This document shows positions 8,775 to 17,945 of a stretch of 64,000 nucleotides of DNA, piece after piece. Each line of letters begins with the position of its first letter. Position 1 is the first letter of the stretch. The notes under the pieces are model-generated. The model searched no databases. It was not told the origin of the DNA and was given only the letters and a program-made list of their open reading frames with translations. The translations under genes and the position numbers were made by a program. Origin of the DNA: Trueperaceae bacterium (GTDB taxonomy: Bacteria; Deinococcota; Deinococci; Deinococcales; Trueperaceae); contig OZ243927.1 of the NCBI GenBank assembly GCA_965213925.1, forward strand, positions 1,408,001 through 1,472,000, read 5' to 3'.

Positions 8775-10270
8775 AACTATTCGAGGTATTTCGCTCAGAG
8801 CGCGCTGCGTCCGACATGCTCACCGGACAGGCTCCCCGGCAGGCGACCGGACGGGACGAACCCTGGCTCACGGCGCTGAGCCGCGGCTTTCCGCTCACGC
8901 TCTTCGTCGGGGCGCTCTTAGCGCTTTCGGTGGCGCTACTCTTTTTCATGTCGGTCAACCGGTTTTTCGACCACGACGAGTTCGAGGCGATGCACACGAC
9001 CTGGAAGATGTTTCAGGGACAGGAGATTTACACCGACTTTATTCAGCACCATCATCCCTTTATGTACTACACGCTGCTGCCGCTCTACGCGCTCTTCGGC
9101 GGCACGACCGACGTGCTGATTGCGGCTAGGGTCTTTATCTTCTTTCAACTTGCGGGGATGCTCCTGCTCACGTATGGAATCGCTTACGAAGTCTACAAGC
9201 GCCACCTGGTCGCGCTCACGGGGACGCTCTTCCTCTCGTTCACGGCGCTCTTCACCGCGAAAGCCTTGGAGGTTCGCCCCGACGTCCCTCAGAGCCTCCT
9301 CAGTTTGCTGGGTCTCTATCTCATGGTGCGCTTTTTCCGCACGCGCTCGCTTTGGCTACTCATCGCCAGCGGCGTCTCGTTCGGCGTGTCCATCCTCTTT
9401 CTGCAAAAAGGTATCGTTTTTGCGGGGCTCGCCGGATTGGTCTTACTGGGTCGGTGGCTCTTCGGACGCGACGTTAAGTTCGTGCAAGGGCTCCTCTTTG
9501 CGGGCTCGGTGCTCGCGCCGCCGGTCGTTTACGCGCTCTATCTGCTCGCGAGTGGCAAGTTGCAGTCCTTTATCTTCTGGAACTTCACCTATAACACGGT
9601 CTACTACGACCTGCGCGGCTGGGAAGCGGAGAAGCTCATTCGTAACATCAACAACCTCTACAACGAAAATAGTCTAATCTTGCTGCTCTTCGCCGTGACG
9701 TTTTTCTTTTTACGTAAGGCGAGGCTCGAGTGGGAACTCCTCTTTCTTGCCGCTGGTGTCTTTGGCTTTACCCTCCTTACGGGTCGGCACAACCCGCAGT
9801 ACTACCTCTTGGTCTTTCCCTTCGTGACGATTCTGGCGGCTCGGGGTCTTATCACAGGTCTGCGGGGGCGCGGCGCGGTGGCAGCGCTCGTAGTGACGTT
9901 CGTCGCCTTTATGCCGCTCGTCAACCAGGCTAGAAACGCCTTCGTCTATACCAACGACGGGCAAATCGCCAAAATCCAGTACGTTTTAGACCTTACCGAG
10001 CCAAACGACTACGTCTACGACGGCAACATTTTCTTCAACCTCTTCCGCCGCGACATCGACTTTATCTGGTACATGGCGGGCGAACCCTACAAAGCCGCCG
10101 AGACGCTCGCAATCCTTATCGACTACGACTACAACGTCTACGAAGCTATCGAGCGCTACGAGCCTAAAGTCATCTCGACGTTTGGCATCGATAACATGGA
10201 CGACCCGCGCATCGCGGAGCACTACGCTAAGTTACCTAAATACGATGACCTCTTTATTCGCACTGAATAG
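8771..10270 (+). CDS. ArnT/PMT-like (GT-C) glycosyltransferase
   Basis: DHDE acidic loop after TM1, YTDF..HHP, RPD, KG, QYYL; multi-TM. Confidence 0.75.
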   Translation: MKLFEVFRSERAASDMLTGQAPRQATGRDEPWLTALSRGFPLTLFVGALLALSVALLFFMSVNRFFDHDEFEAMHTTWKMFQGQEIYTDFIQHHHPFMYYTLLPLYALFGGTTDVLIAARVFIFFQLAGMLLLTYGIAYEVYKRHLVALTGTLFLSFTALFTAKALEVRPDVPQSLLSLLGLYLMVRFFRTRSLWLLIASGVSFGVSILFLQKGIVFAGLAGLVLLGRWLFGRDVKFVQGLLFAGSVLAPPVVYALYLLASGKLQSFIFWNFTYNTVYYDLRGWEAEKLIRNINNLYNENSLILLLFAVTFFFLRKARLEWELLFLAAGVFGFTLLTGRHNPQYYLLVFPFVTILAARGLITGLRGRGAVAALVVTFVAFMPLVNQARNAFVYTNDGQIAKIQYVLDLTEPNDYVYDGNIFFNLFRRDIDFIWYMAGEPYKAAETLAILIDYDYNVYEAIERYEPKVISTFGIDNMDDPRIAEHYAKLPKYDDLFIRTE

Positions 10271-10345
10271 GTTTGCGTTCTCAGCCACATCTAAGCGGTT
10301 ACCCGCGTTCATCTACTGCTACATTTTCGTCAGGAGGCGTGTCTT

Positions 10346-11932
10346 ATGTTACAGACACTTCACAACCGGTACATCCAGTTCATTTGTTTCGCACTTCTCA
10401 CCGCAGGTTTAGCAGCTTGCGGTGCCCGCACCGACCCTGCCGAAACCGAAGTGCCACTCGCCGATCTGGTCACTGAGGAAATTAGGGTGGAACTCAATCC
10501 CCATGACGTCGCCCCCTTGACCGCCGAGGTTAGCTTCACAACGCGCGTGCCGACCCGCGTGACCCTCACGGTTGCGGGCGAAGAGCCCGTCACGCAGTCC
10601 TTCGCTGAAGCGACCGAGCACCGTATCCCCGTTTTGGGTCTCTACCCCGACACCGAAAACGAGGTCACGCTGCGTTTAGAGAGCGCCGAAGGATACGCCG
10701 AGACAACGGAACGTATCCAGACGGAGGCGCTACCCGCGCGACTGCCAGCGGTCACGATCGCCACTGTGCAGCGCGGCGAAGTGGAGCCAGGCTGGAACCT
10801 GAGCGCGTTTAGAGTCAGCGGCATGCCCGACTACCCTCTGCCTTTCATGTTTGACCCGAAGGGCGAGGTGCGCTGGTACTTAAACCTCGACGCCTTCGAG
10901 GGGCGCACCACCTTCCCGAGACGGCTCGCGAACGGCAACCTGATCTTCGGGTTTGAGAGCGCCCTCTTTGAATACACCATGCTCGGCGAAGAGGTGAACC
11001 GCTGGGAAATCCCCGGTTACAGATACCACCACGAGATTACTGAGAAGCCGGACGGCAACTTCATCGTCGCTGTCGATAAAGAGGGGGAGGAGACCGTCGA
11101 AGACTTTATGGTCGAGGTCGAGCGCGAGACGGGCGAGATCGTGCGCGAGTGGGACTTGCGTAAGATTCTCGACGTGGACCGCCAGACTTACGCCGAAACC
11201 TCCTTTGTCCGGGGCGAAGAGGACTGGTTTCATATGAACGCCATCTGGTACGAGCCTTCGGACAAAACGCTCGTCGTCTCCGGGCGGCACCAGGGGGTCG
11301 TCAAGGTGACGATGGAGAACGAACTCGTGTGGATTCTCGCGCCGCATAAGGGCTGGCAAGAGAACAGCAGTGGCGTCGACCTGCCTGAGTATCTACTAAC
11401 CGCCGTGGATGAAGACGGTGAGCCTTACCCAGAAGCGGTCCAGCAGGGCGACGTAGACGCTGAAGGGTTTAGTTGGGTCTGGGGGCAGCACGCGCCGCTC
11501 ATCTTGCCCAACGGCAACCTGTTCGTCTTCGACAATGGGGAGAGCCGCAACTTCACCGGTAACGGCACCGGCAGCTTCACCCAGGACGGTCCGAGCTTTA
11601 GCCGCGGCGTGGAATATAGAATTGACGAAGCAGCGATGACTATAGAACAGGTCTGGCAATATGGAGCGGAGCGCGGCGAAGAGTTCTACTCGCCGATCAT
11701 CAGCGACGTGGACTACTTGCCGCAGACGAACAACCGCCTCGTCATGCCGGGCATCATCAGTAACTTCGACCCGCCCTCCTACGCGCTCATGACGGAGGTA
11801 ACTTACCCTGGCAAAGAGGTCGTCTTTGAGGCGCGGCTCGAGTTCAAAAATCTCGCCGACGGGGAGAGTGTCTTTGGCGACTCGGTCTACCGCTTCGAGC
11901 GGTTGCCGCTCTATCCGGCTACTACGCAGTAA
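10346..11932 (+). CDS. Aryl-sulfate sulfotransferase (ASST) lipoprotein
   Basis: Lipobox GLAAC; NP..APLTA, HHE, DWFHMN, SGRHQG, GQH, FDNG, SRGVEY motifs. Confidence 0.92.
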   Translation: MLQTLHNRYIQFICFALLTAGLAACGARTDPAETEVPLADLVTEEIRVELNPHDVAPLTAEVSFTTRVPTRVTLTVAGEEPVTQSFAEATEHRIPVLGLYPDTENEVTLRLESAEGYAETTERIQTEALPARLPAVTIATVQRGEVEPGWNLSAFRVSGMPDYPLPFMFDPKGEVRWYLNLDAFEGRTTFPRRLANGNLIFGFESALFEYTMLGEEVNRWEIPGYRYHHEITEKPDGNFIVAVDKEGEETVEDFMVEVERETGEIVREWDLRKILDVDRQTYAETSFVRGEEDWFHMNAIWYEPSDKTLVVSGRHQGVVKVTMENELVWILAPHKGWQENSSGVDLPEYLLTAVDEDGEPYPEAVQQGDVDAEGFSWVWGQHAPLILPNGNLFVFDNGESRNFTGNGTGSFTQDGPSFSRGVEYRIDEAAMTIEQVWQYGAERGEEFYSPIISDVDYLPQTNNRLVMPGIISNFDPPSYALMTEVTYPGKEVVFEARLEFKNLADGESVFGDSVYRFERLPLYPATTQ

Positions 11933-12000
11933 GCGCAGTAGCGACGCTAGCACGGTCAAAGTAGGTAGAGACCGAGGTGAGGTTCACCTTGGTCCTTTCT

Positions 12001-12957
12001 TTAAGGTTGACGCCCTAGCTCACCCTTAGCACGCCCACCTCGCAAAAACGCTACCACCTGCCACGCCACAACTGGGAAGCTCACGAGTGATAAAAACCAG
12101 TACGCAAAGAGCGTGTAACCTAGACCGACGAGCGTCGCTTGTTCGGGGCTCATCTGGCTACCGAGGAGCGCTACGAACGCGGCGTCGCGCGTGCCGATAC
12201 CGCTGACCGTCACGGGCACAAGTCCTGCTAAAATCGCAAGCGGAAAAATTGCGTAGGCGAAACCCAGCCCTAAGCCCGTTCCGAACGCTTGCCCTAGGGC
12301 GAAGACGGTAAAGCCGCCCAGCGACCAGGTGAGAATGGACCCGCCGAGGGTCTGTGCAATGGCGGCGCGGTCTCCCAGCCAACGGGTGAAGACCGTGCGC
12401 AAGTCTTGCAAGATTTGCGTTACTTTATCTGGTAGGGGCAACTTCTCTATAGGCAGCAGCGTCACGACTAAAAAAATACTTAAAACGCCACCTAAAAGCC
12501 CTACGCCTGCGACGAGTCCCCAGAGCGTGCCGTTGACGAGCAGACCTAAGAGCCCGAGCGCGCCCAGGACGCCTAAATCGACGAGGCGCTCGAGGATCAC
12601 TGTCCCGGTCCCCTTCGCGAGCCCGCCCTGCTCGCGTAAGTAGACTGCCTTCGCCACGTCGCCCGACTTCGAGGGCAAAAAGCTGTTCAGCACGTTCGCC
12701 ATCATCACGGCGCGTAGCGCCACCAAAAAGGGTAAAGTCGCGTCTTGCGCCCGCAATACGCCGAGCCAGCGGAATACGCTCGTGAAGGGCAGGGCGCAGG
12801 TGAGCAGGGCGGCGAAGAGGAGCCAGCCCCAGTTCGCCTCAGCGAGCAGCTCGGCGGTGCGAGCCAGGTCGATTCGCGCCAAAAGCCAGGTGACGAGCCC
12901 AGCCGAGACGAGGACGCTTAGGAGTCCTAGAAGGGTACGTTTATTGTCATGCATCAT
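12001..12957 (-). CDS. YbhN/lysylphosphatidylglycerol synthase TM-domain protein (putative flippase)
   Basis: RW..L, NSFLPSKSGDVAK, ERLVD, PVTVSGIGTRD motifs. Confidence 0.85.
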   Translation of the reverse strand: MMHDNKRTLLGLLSVLVSAGLVTWLLARIDLARTAELLAEANWGWLLFAALLTCALPFTSVFRWLGVLRAQDATLPFLVALRAVMMANVLNSFLPSKSGDVAKAVYLREQGGLAKGTGTVILERLVDLGVLGALGLLGLLVNGTLWGLVAGVGLLGGVLSIFLVVTLLPIEKLPLPDKVTQILQDLRTVFTRWLGDRAAIAQTLGGSILTWSLGGFTVFALGQAFGTGLGLGFAYAIFPLAILAGLVPVTVSGIGTRDAAFVALLGSQMSPEQATLVGLGYTLFAYWFLSLVSFPVVAWQVVAFLRGGRAKGELGRQP

Positions 12958-13727
12958 TGATCATTATATTCGCCGTCATAGTTGCTTTCTTGCTGCTTTG
13001 ACTCAGGTGTCTCTTGAGAGGTGAGAAAAACGCCGATGCCAGCGGCGAAGGCGAGCGACAGCGCGGCGTTCATCTCCAACACCTCTTCTAAAAACGCCCA
13101 CTTGCGCGGCACGAAACCCTGACTATCGATGAAAAGAGCGCAGGTCGCTAGAGCCGCGCCCAGTATAACGTACAGCCAAGCGGAGCGCGGCGTCAGCGCG
13201 GCGCTAAGCTTGCCCCATTCGCCCCGAAATAGCCACGCAACTAAACCCAGCGAGACGCTTAGCAGGACGAACGCACTAATCAAGAAACCAGCGTACCAGG
13301 GCACCCCCTGGGACTCGAACCCCTTGACCACGATGCGCGCGGAGTCGTGCAGGGCGTCAAAGGTCATGCCGCTAGGGAGGGTCGGAAAGGTTAGATTCGG
13401 AAAAATCCTCTGACCGTAGCTGATCTCCTCTAGCACCCCGATGAGACAGAGCGCCGTAAGCGCGCCCATCCACCTAAAGCGGTACGCGCGGTTAAAGAGC
13501 CCGAGCGCGGTGAGACTCGCACCTAAAAAATAGAAGGCGAGGCTCGCGTTCTCGATCAGTGCGTCCTCTTGTACCAGCACCTCGCGCAGCTCAGGAAAGA
13601 GCGCGTAGGCGAGCCCGCAGAGGCTGAAACTCAAGGCGAGAAGTGCTGCGTAGAGCGCAACCGGCCACCAGCCGGGCAGCGCCGCCGCCTTATCTTGCGC
13701 AGATGAGAATGGACGTGATTGGCTCAA
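12954..13727 (-). CDS. Membrane protein of unknown function
   Basis: Multi-TM; EDALIEN, EEISYGQR, LHD, EEVLE acidic motifs; stop overlaps the next start. Confidence 0.75.
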   Translation of the reverse strand: MSQSRPFSSAQDKAAALPGWWPVALYAALLALSFSLCGLAYALFPELREVLVQEDALIENASLAFYFLGASLTALGLFNRAYRFRWMGALTALCLIGVLEEISYGQRIFPNLTFPTLPSGMTFDALHDSARIVVKGFESQGVPWYAGFLISAFVLLSVSLGLVAWLFRGEWGKLSAALTPRSAWLYVILGAALATCALFIDSQGFVPRKWAFLEEVLEMNAALSLAFAAGIGVFLTSQETPESKQQESNYDGEYNDQ

Positions 13728-13756
13728 GAGGTACCTCGCTTCATGACGTTACTCTG

Positions 13757-13794
13757 TGACATAGCGGTGACAAGATGATGACACTGCCATGACA
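13757..13794 (-). promoter_or_regulatory. Four 11-bp-period TGTCA repeats (Pho-box/OmpR-family-like operator)
   Basis: TGACA on the + strand at 13757, 13768, 13779 and 13790; 30 bp upstream of the 13727 start. Confidence 0.65.
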
Positions 13795-13818
13795 CAATTT
13801 TCGTGGCTAACGGTGGCA

Positions 13819-13842
13819 GTAGGGGCGCTCGTGCGCCCCTAC
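13819..13842. repeat. GTAG-type REP-like palindrome
   Basis: GTAGGGGCGC-tc-GTGCGCCCCTAC. Confidence 0.6.
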
Positions 13843-15569
13843 TTTATATCGAGCGGGACGCTCCGCTCCAACTCAAACCGCTTTGTCTCGTTTAGTGTAG
13901 CGAGTTGTTCACGGTCTAGCGTGACGCCTGACACACCCAGCTCTTGAGATTGAAAGTAGCGCGACTGCGGCACGTAACGCACGAAAAACTCGTCGCCCAG
14001 CGAGAGCGAGGCGATGTTCATGTCCTCGTTCAGCGTAAGGGTGTCGCTCAGCTTGACTTCATCCTTGCCGAACGATACCTGCCGCCGAAAGGTCAAAGGC
14101 GCAGGGCGCTGCCCCAACATGAGCGTCTTACGAATCTGCCCTTTTAAGAGGTGCGCGAGTTTAGGTGACCAACCTGTCAAGAGCAGCACGCCGCGAAAGG
14201 CGAGGTTTTTGGTGAGGCTAAAGACCTTGTGCGACGGCACCCACTGCGCGCTCCCCGAGATTTCGAAACCCCCCTCATCCTGCTTCACCTTAAAGCTCGG
14301 GTCGATCCACTGGCTCGTAAAGGTTTTACCCTCTTTGGTCTGCCCGATATGACCGCAATCGTTGAAGATGAGGTCGCCCTTTTTCCCCTTGCCCGACCTG
14401 TTGAATATCTTGAGCACGCCCCCCTTGGCGAGGTTGGCAACCGCGTAGTAGTTAGGCGTGTTCTTGACGTAGACGCGGCAGCCGGGGAAAAAGTCGGTAA
14501 AGGGCTCACGCTCGAAGGGTAGGGCGGGTCTGTCGTCCGGCTTCTGAGCATAGTCCAAGTAGGCGAGCAGAAACTCCGGCACGCGGTACACCAGATATCT
14601 GTCCGAGATGATTTCGGGCGGCACGAGCTTATCCTCGGCGAGCCCGCCCAGAAGGTGCTCCGCTACGGAGCCCGCCAAAGGTATCTCATTCGCCATCACC
14701 TCGAAGCCGTGACAGTAAAAGTGGAGCGTGTTGCGGCTGCCCATGCTGCCCGCGTAGAAACCGTTCGGATAGGCGAAGTAACTGCACTTCTCCACAGACG
14801 CCTTCATCACCTTTAAGAGCCTGGGATCGGGATTGGTCTGATAGATTTTCGCTAGAAAGGAGACCGTCGCCGAGAGGTAGCCGGGGTCGATGCCGTCGTA
14901 TTCGATCGACCAGCCCTCGTCGGTGTGGTAGCTCAAAAAGTCCTTCCAGACCTTTTCGAAACCCGCCTTGAGCGCCTCGTCGCCTAAAAGCTCATACGAC
15001 TTCCAAACCGCCAAGCACGCCATCGCGTGGTGATTCGCTAGGTGGTCCTCTTCGGACTCGCCCGCCGCGATGAAGTGCGCAGCTTTGCGCACTGCGTTCA
15101 AGACCTTTTCGCGCACCTCTTCGGGTACCTCGTCACCGAGTAAATTCAGCGCTTCGATGCTCGTGTAGGTCGTGAACGCGGTCGGGCCGACCCAACCGCG
15201 CTCGTAAGGATAGAACTCGTCGAACGAGCCGTCCTTATGCTGAATGTCCGCCCAGAAGCTGAGCCCCGCCACGGTCCAGTCGCGCACCTTTTCGCTTCCA
15301 TAATAGATGTTGCCCGGCATGTCATGCTTGTAGACGAGCGCTAGCGCGTGCACCGCAAACTGCCGCACGGCGTCGGGGAAGTCCGAGGTTTTGTCCAGCC
15401 AGTAGTCGCGGTGCAGACAGCCGTACGTCGGCGAGGTCGGCGTGCGGTCTTGGTTGCTCAAGATGCGCGGAATCTGCCCTAAGGCTTTTTGCGCGTACAC
15501 GTTTCGGAGCGTACTCGTCATCTGCTCGCTCGCACTCTCTTCACGCTGCTTTGTCGCGGTATCTGTCAC
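13839..15569 (-). CDS. Hypothetical protein, possibly alpha/alpha-barrel (heparinase II/III-like) fold
   Basis: 576 aa; DGSFDE, NHHAM, GWSIEYDG motifs; lies in the glycan cluster; fold call is tentative. Confidence 0.65.
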   Translation of the reverse strand: MTDTATKQREESASEQMTSTLRNVYAQKALGQIPRILSNQDRTPTSPTYGCLHRDYWLDKTSDFPDAVRQFAVHALALVYKHDMPGNIYYGSEKVRDWTVAGLSFWADIQHKDGSFDEFYPYERGWVGPTAFTTYTSIEALNLLGDEVPEEVREKVLNAVRKAAHFIAAGESEEDHLANHHAMACLAVWKSYELLGDEALKAGFEKVWKDFLSYHTDEGWSIEYDGIDPGYLSATVSFLAKIYQTNPDPRLLKVMKASVEKCSYFAYPNGFYAGSMGSRNTLHFYCHGFEVMANEIPLAGSVAEHLLGGLAEDKLVPPEIISDRYLVYRVPEFLLAYLDYAQKPDDRPALPFEREPFTDFFPGCRVYVKNTPNYYAVANLAKGGVLKIFNRSGKGKKGDLIFNDCGHIGQTKEGKTFTSQWIDPSFKVKQDEGGFEISGSAQWVPSHKVFSLTKNLAFRGVLLLTGWSPKLAHLLKGQIRKTLMLGQRPAPLTFRRQVSFGKDEVKLSDTLTLNEDMNIASLSLGDEFFVRYVPQSRYFQSQELGVSGVTLDREQLATLNETKRFELERSVPLDIK

Positions 15570-15644
15570 GAATCTGCCTCCCTGATTTGTGTTGCGGTGT
15601 CGTTTTTGCTCTGCAGCTAAGTTGCTGAGTAAAGAACAAGCCGT

Positions 15645-15821
15645 GTCATCCTGGCGCTGTTCACGCAGTCGAACGGGTCCGAGCGGGGCGGGAACAGTAG
15701 GTCCTGTGTATCGGCGGGGAAGGGTCTCTGCTAGAGTCTCTGCGTTCGCGCTACGTCCTCTGGCTGAGTTGGGACGTCACGAAGTTTCGGCGTAGCCCGT
15801 CCCTTCGTTCCTCAAGGTAAC
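15645..15821. repeat. Degenerate relative of the MITE core
   Basis: GTCATCCTG..TGTTCACGCAG..GAAGGGTCTC and CACGAAGTT..GGCGTAGCCCG shared with copies A and D; no clear TIRs. Confidence 0.55.
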
Positions 15822-15863
15822 AGTTGTGGCGCAGATTTTGACGAACCTGTGCCCTCATGACAT

Positions 15864-16817
15864 TCATGACTTCGTCTCCCTATGCCGAGCGTTCGTCTTG
15901 TCAATGAGGTCGGCGAGCATCCCCGTGGTCAAAACCTGAATCGCCGAGACGAAGAGGATGACGCCTAAGACCAAAAGCCCTTCGCCGGCGATGAGGCGGT
16001 AGATAAGGACCAAGAAGCTCGCCAGAAAGAGTACCAAGCTTATCGGCACGAACACCCGGAGCGGATTGAAGTACATCACGGTGCGCACGACGAGCTGGGT
16101 GAACCTGACCGTGTCTTTGATGGGGTGGATTTTGGAGTCGCCTGCGCGGTGGTAGTAGTCGATGGGGACGTACTTGACGTCGTAGCCGTCCGAGAGCATC
16201 GCGAGCGTGATGGTCGTCGTGAACGAGAAGCTGTCGGGAAGGATATGCATAAACTTTTTGACTGTAGTCTTGCGCATGACGCGCAGCCCCGAGTTGAGGT
16301 CGGGTATTTTGGTGTCCGAGAGGTGGTTGGCGAGTTCGTTGAGCGCGCGTTTGGCGGGTTTACGCGCCAGGGGAATCTGCACGTTCTGCCCAGTCCTCGC
16401 GCCGACGAGCATGTCGTTATCACCGAGCGACTTGATCAACTCGGGCAGCCGCTCGTTGGGATAGGTGCCGTCGGCGTCGGTGATCGCCATGAGGTCATAC
16501 CGGGCGTGTTTAAGCCCCGTTTTAAGCGCCGCGCCGTAGCCCTGGTTGACCTCGTGCTTGACGGTTCTGACGTTCGGCATAGAGATAGCCGCCATGAGTT
16601 CGCCCGTGCCATCCGTCGAGCCGTCGTCCACCAAGATAATCTCATAAGTCAGACCCGAGTCGTCCATGTGGCGGCTCACCTCTTGAACGGTCTCCTCGAG
16701 CGCCCCGATTTCGTTGTAAACGGGGATGACGACCGAAACCTCGAGGGGTGCGTTCGGCGAGGTCATCGGCGGCTTTGACGAAGTTTCCGGTAACACGTCT
16801 GGTGATATTACATCCAT
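15864..16817 (-). CDS. GT2 polyprenol-phosphate glycosyltransferase (DPM/GtrB-like)
   Basis: VVIPVYNE, VDDGSTDGT, NQGYGAA, DADG, DLNSGLR; two C-terminal TMs. Confidence 0.92.
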   Translation of the reverse strand: MDVISPDVLPETSSKPPMTSPNAPLEVSVVIPVYNEIGALEETVQEVSRHMDDSGLTYEIILVDDGSTDGTGELMAAISMPNVRTVKHEVNQGYGAALKTGLKHARYDLMAITDADGTYPNERLPELIKSLGDNDMLVGARTGQNVQIPLARKPAKRALNELANHLSDTKIPDLNSGLRVMRKTTVKKFMHILPDSFSFTTTITLAMLSDGYDVKYVPIDYYHRAGDSKIHPIKDTVRFTQLVVRTVMYFNPLRVFVPISLVLFLASFLVLIYRLIAGEGLLVLGVILFVSAIQVLTTGMLADLIDKTNARHRETKS

Positions 16818-17039
16818 AGCTCTCTCCCTACTGCTTAGCGACCGGTGCGCCGGTTTGGCTTACGACTTCTCGTGACTGACTGGGATGAACGTAGGTCATG
16901 TGAGCAGAACACCGAGAGACGGACGCTAAAAATATACGCCAGCATAACGTGTGAACATAGAGAGAAGAAGAGAATAAACTCATTACAGTCGTTCGGAAGG
17001 GGCAGAAGCAACCGGCGTAGACTCAAGTGTGCGCGGTGC

Positions 17040-17244
17040 GTTCTCGAACTGGACTTTAGATGTTTTAACGAACAGTATGACGGTGCTCGGAGGTGCGGCG
17101 CAGAAAACCTATCGGTCCTGAGACAATCCGCCGTGAACCTCATCGGGCAAGCCGACACCCGAGGTTCGCTCAAAGGTAAGCACAAAAAAGCCGCTTGGGA
17201 TGACGGCTTTCGCGCGTGCATCTTAGGAGGATAGACCCGCCTGA
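17040..17244 (+). pseudogene. ISAs1-family transposase 3' remnant
   Basis: AENLSVLRQSAVNLI..GSLKGKHKKAAWDDGF resembles ISAs1 C-termini; the upstream WTLDV motif is in another frame. Confidence 0.7.
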
Positions 17245-17368
17245 TATTTTGCGGTATGGTCCTCTCGGGTTACGCTACTACGAAATGTTTTCGGCGCGCT
17301 ACGCCGCTGTAACGGAGGCTGTAGCCGAGCGCGATGCGAGGTTTTATGATGGTCGTCTGGAGAACAAG

Positions 17369-17929
17369 GTGAAGACGCGCGGCACGAGAAGTGGCATTGT
17401 GGTGAGTTTAGAGGCTGAAGATACGCCAGCAGCGTTAGAGAGCGCTCTAGCGTCGCAGCGCGACCTCTTGGGCGGCAAGGTCTTGATCGAGATCGGCGGG
17501 CGCGTCCCCTGGACGAACGTCGAAGCGGTGCTAGGCGCGGTGAAAGAGGCTGAGGGCGATGTGGTCGAGGTGCGCCCACCGAGCGCGGTGGTGCAAGCGA
17601 AAGGCGAAACGGTGATCATAGCGCGCACGGTGAGAAGCGGGGCGCGCGTCGAGTCGAACGGCTCCATTATCGTCATCGGTGACGTCAACGCCGGCTCTGA
17701 ACTCATCGCCGAGGACGACATCATCGTGCTGGGCGCGCTGCGCGGCGTAGCGCACGCGGGCGCTGCGGGCAACGAGAAAGCGATCATCTGGGCGCAGCAA
17801 ATTCTCGCGAAGCAGCTTCGCATCGGCAACGCTCTAGCCCAAGCGGGCGAGGGCGGCAAAGCGGCGTCCGGACCGGAGGTCGCGCAGCTCTCCGACGGGC
17901 AGATCGTGCTGCGACCCTGGGAGCGCTGA
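17369..17929 (+). CDS. minC: Septum site-determining protein MinC
   Basis: RTVRSG, IGDVNAGSELIA, GALRGVAHAG, QLRIG; probable GTG start at 17369 after GGAG. Confidence 0.9.
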   Translation: MKTRGTRSGIVVSLEAEDTPAALESALASQRDLLGGKVLIEIGGRVPWTNVEAVLGAVKEAEGDVVEVRPPSAVVQAKGETVIIARTVRSGARVESNGSIIVIGDVNAGSELIAEDDIIVLGALRGVAHAGAAGNEKAIIWAQQILAKQLRIGNALAQAGEGGKAASGPEVAQLSDGQIVLRPWER

Positions 17930-17945
17930 GGGGTGTTGCTGGGCG

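Noticed and set aside
17040..17244. ISAs1 remnant as mobiliser of the MITE family
   Set aside because: Only a broken 3' fragment, and no MITE-type TIR is adjacent to it.
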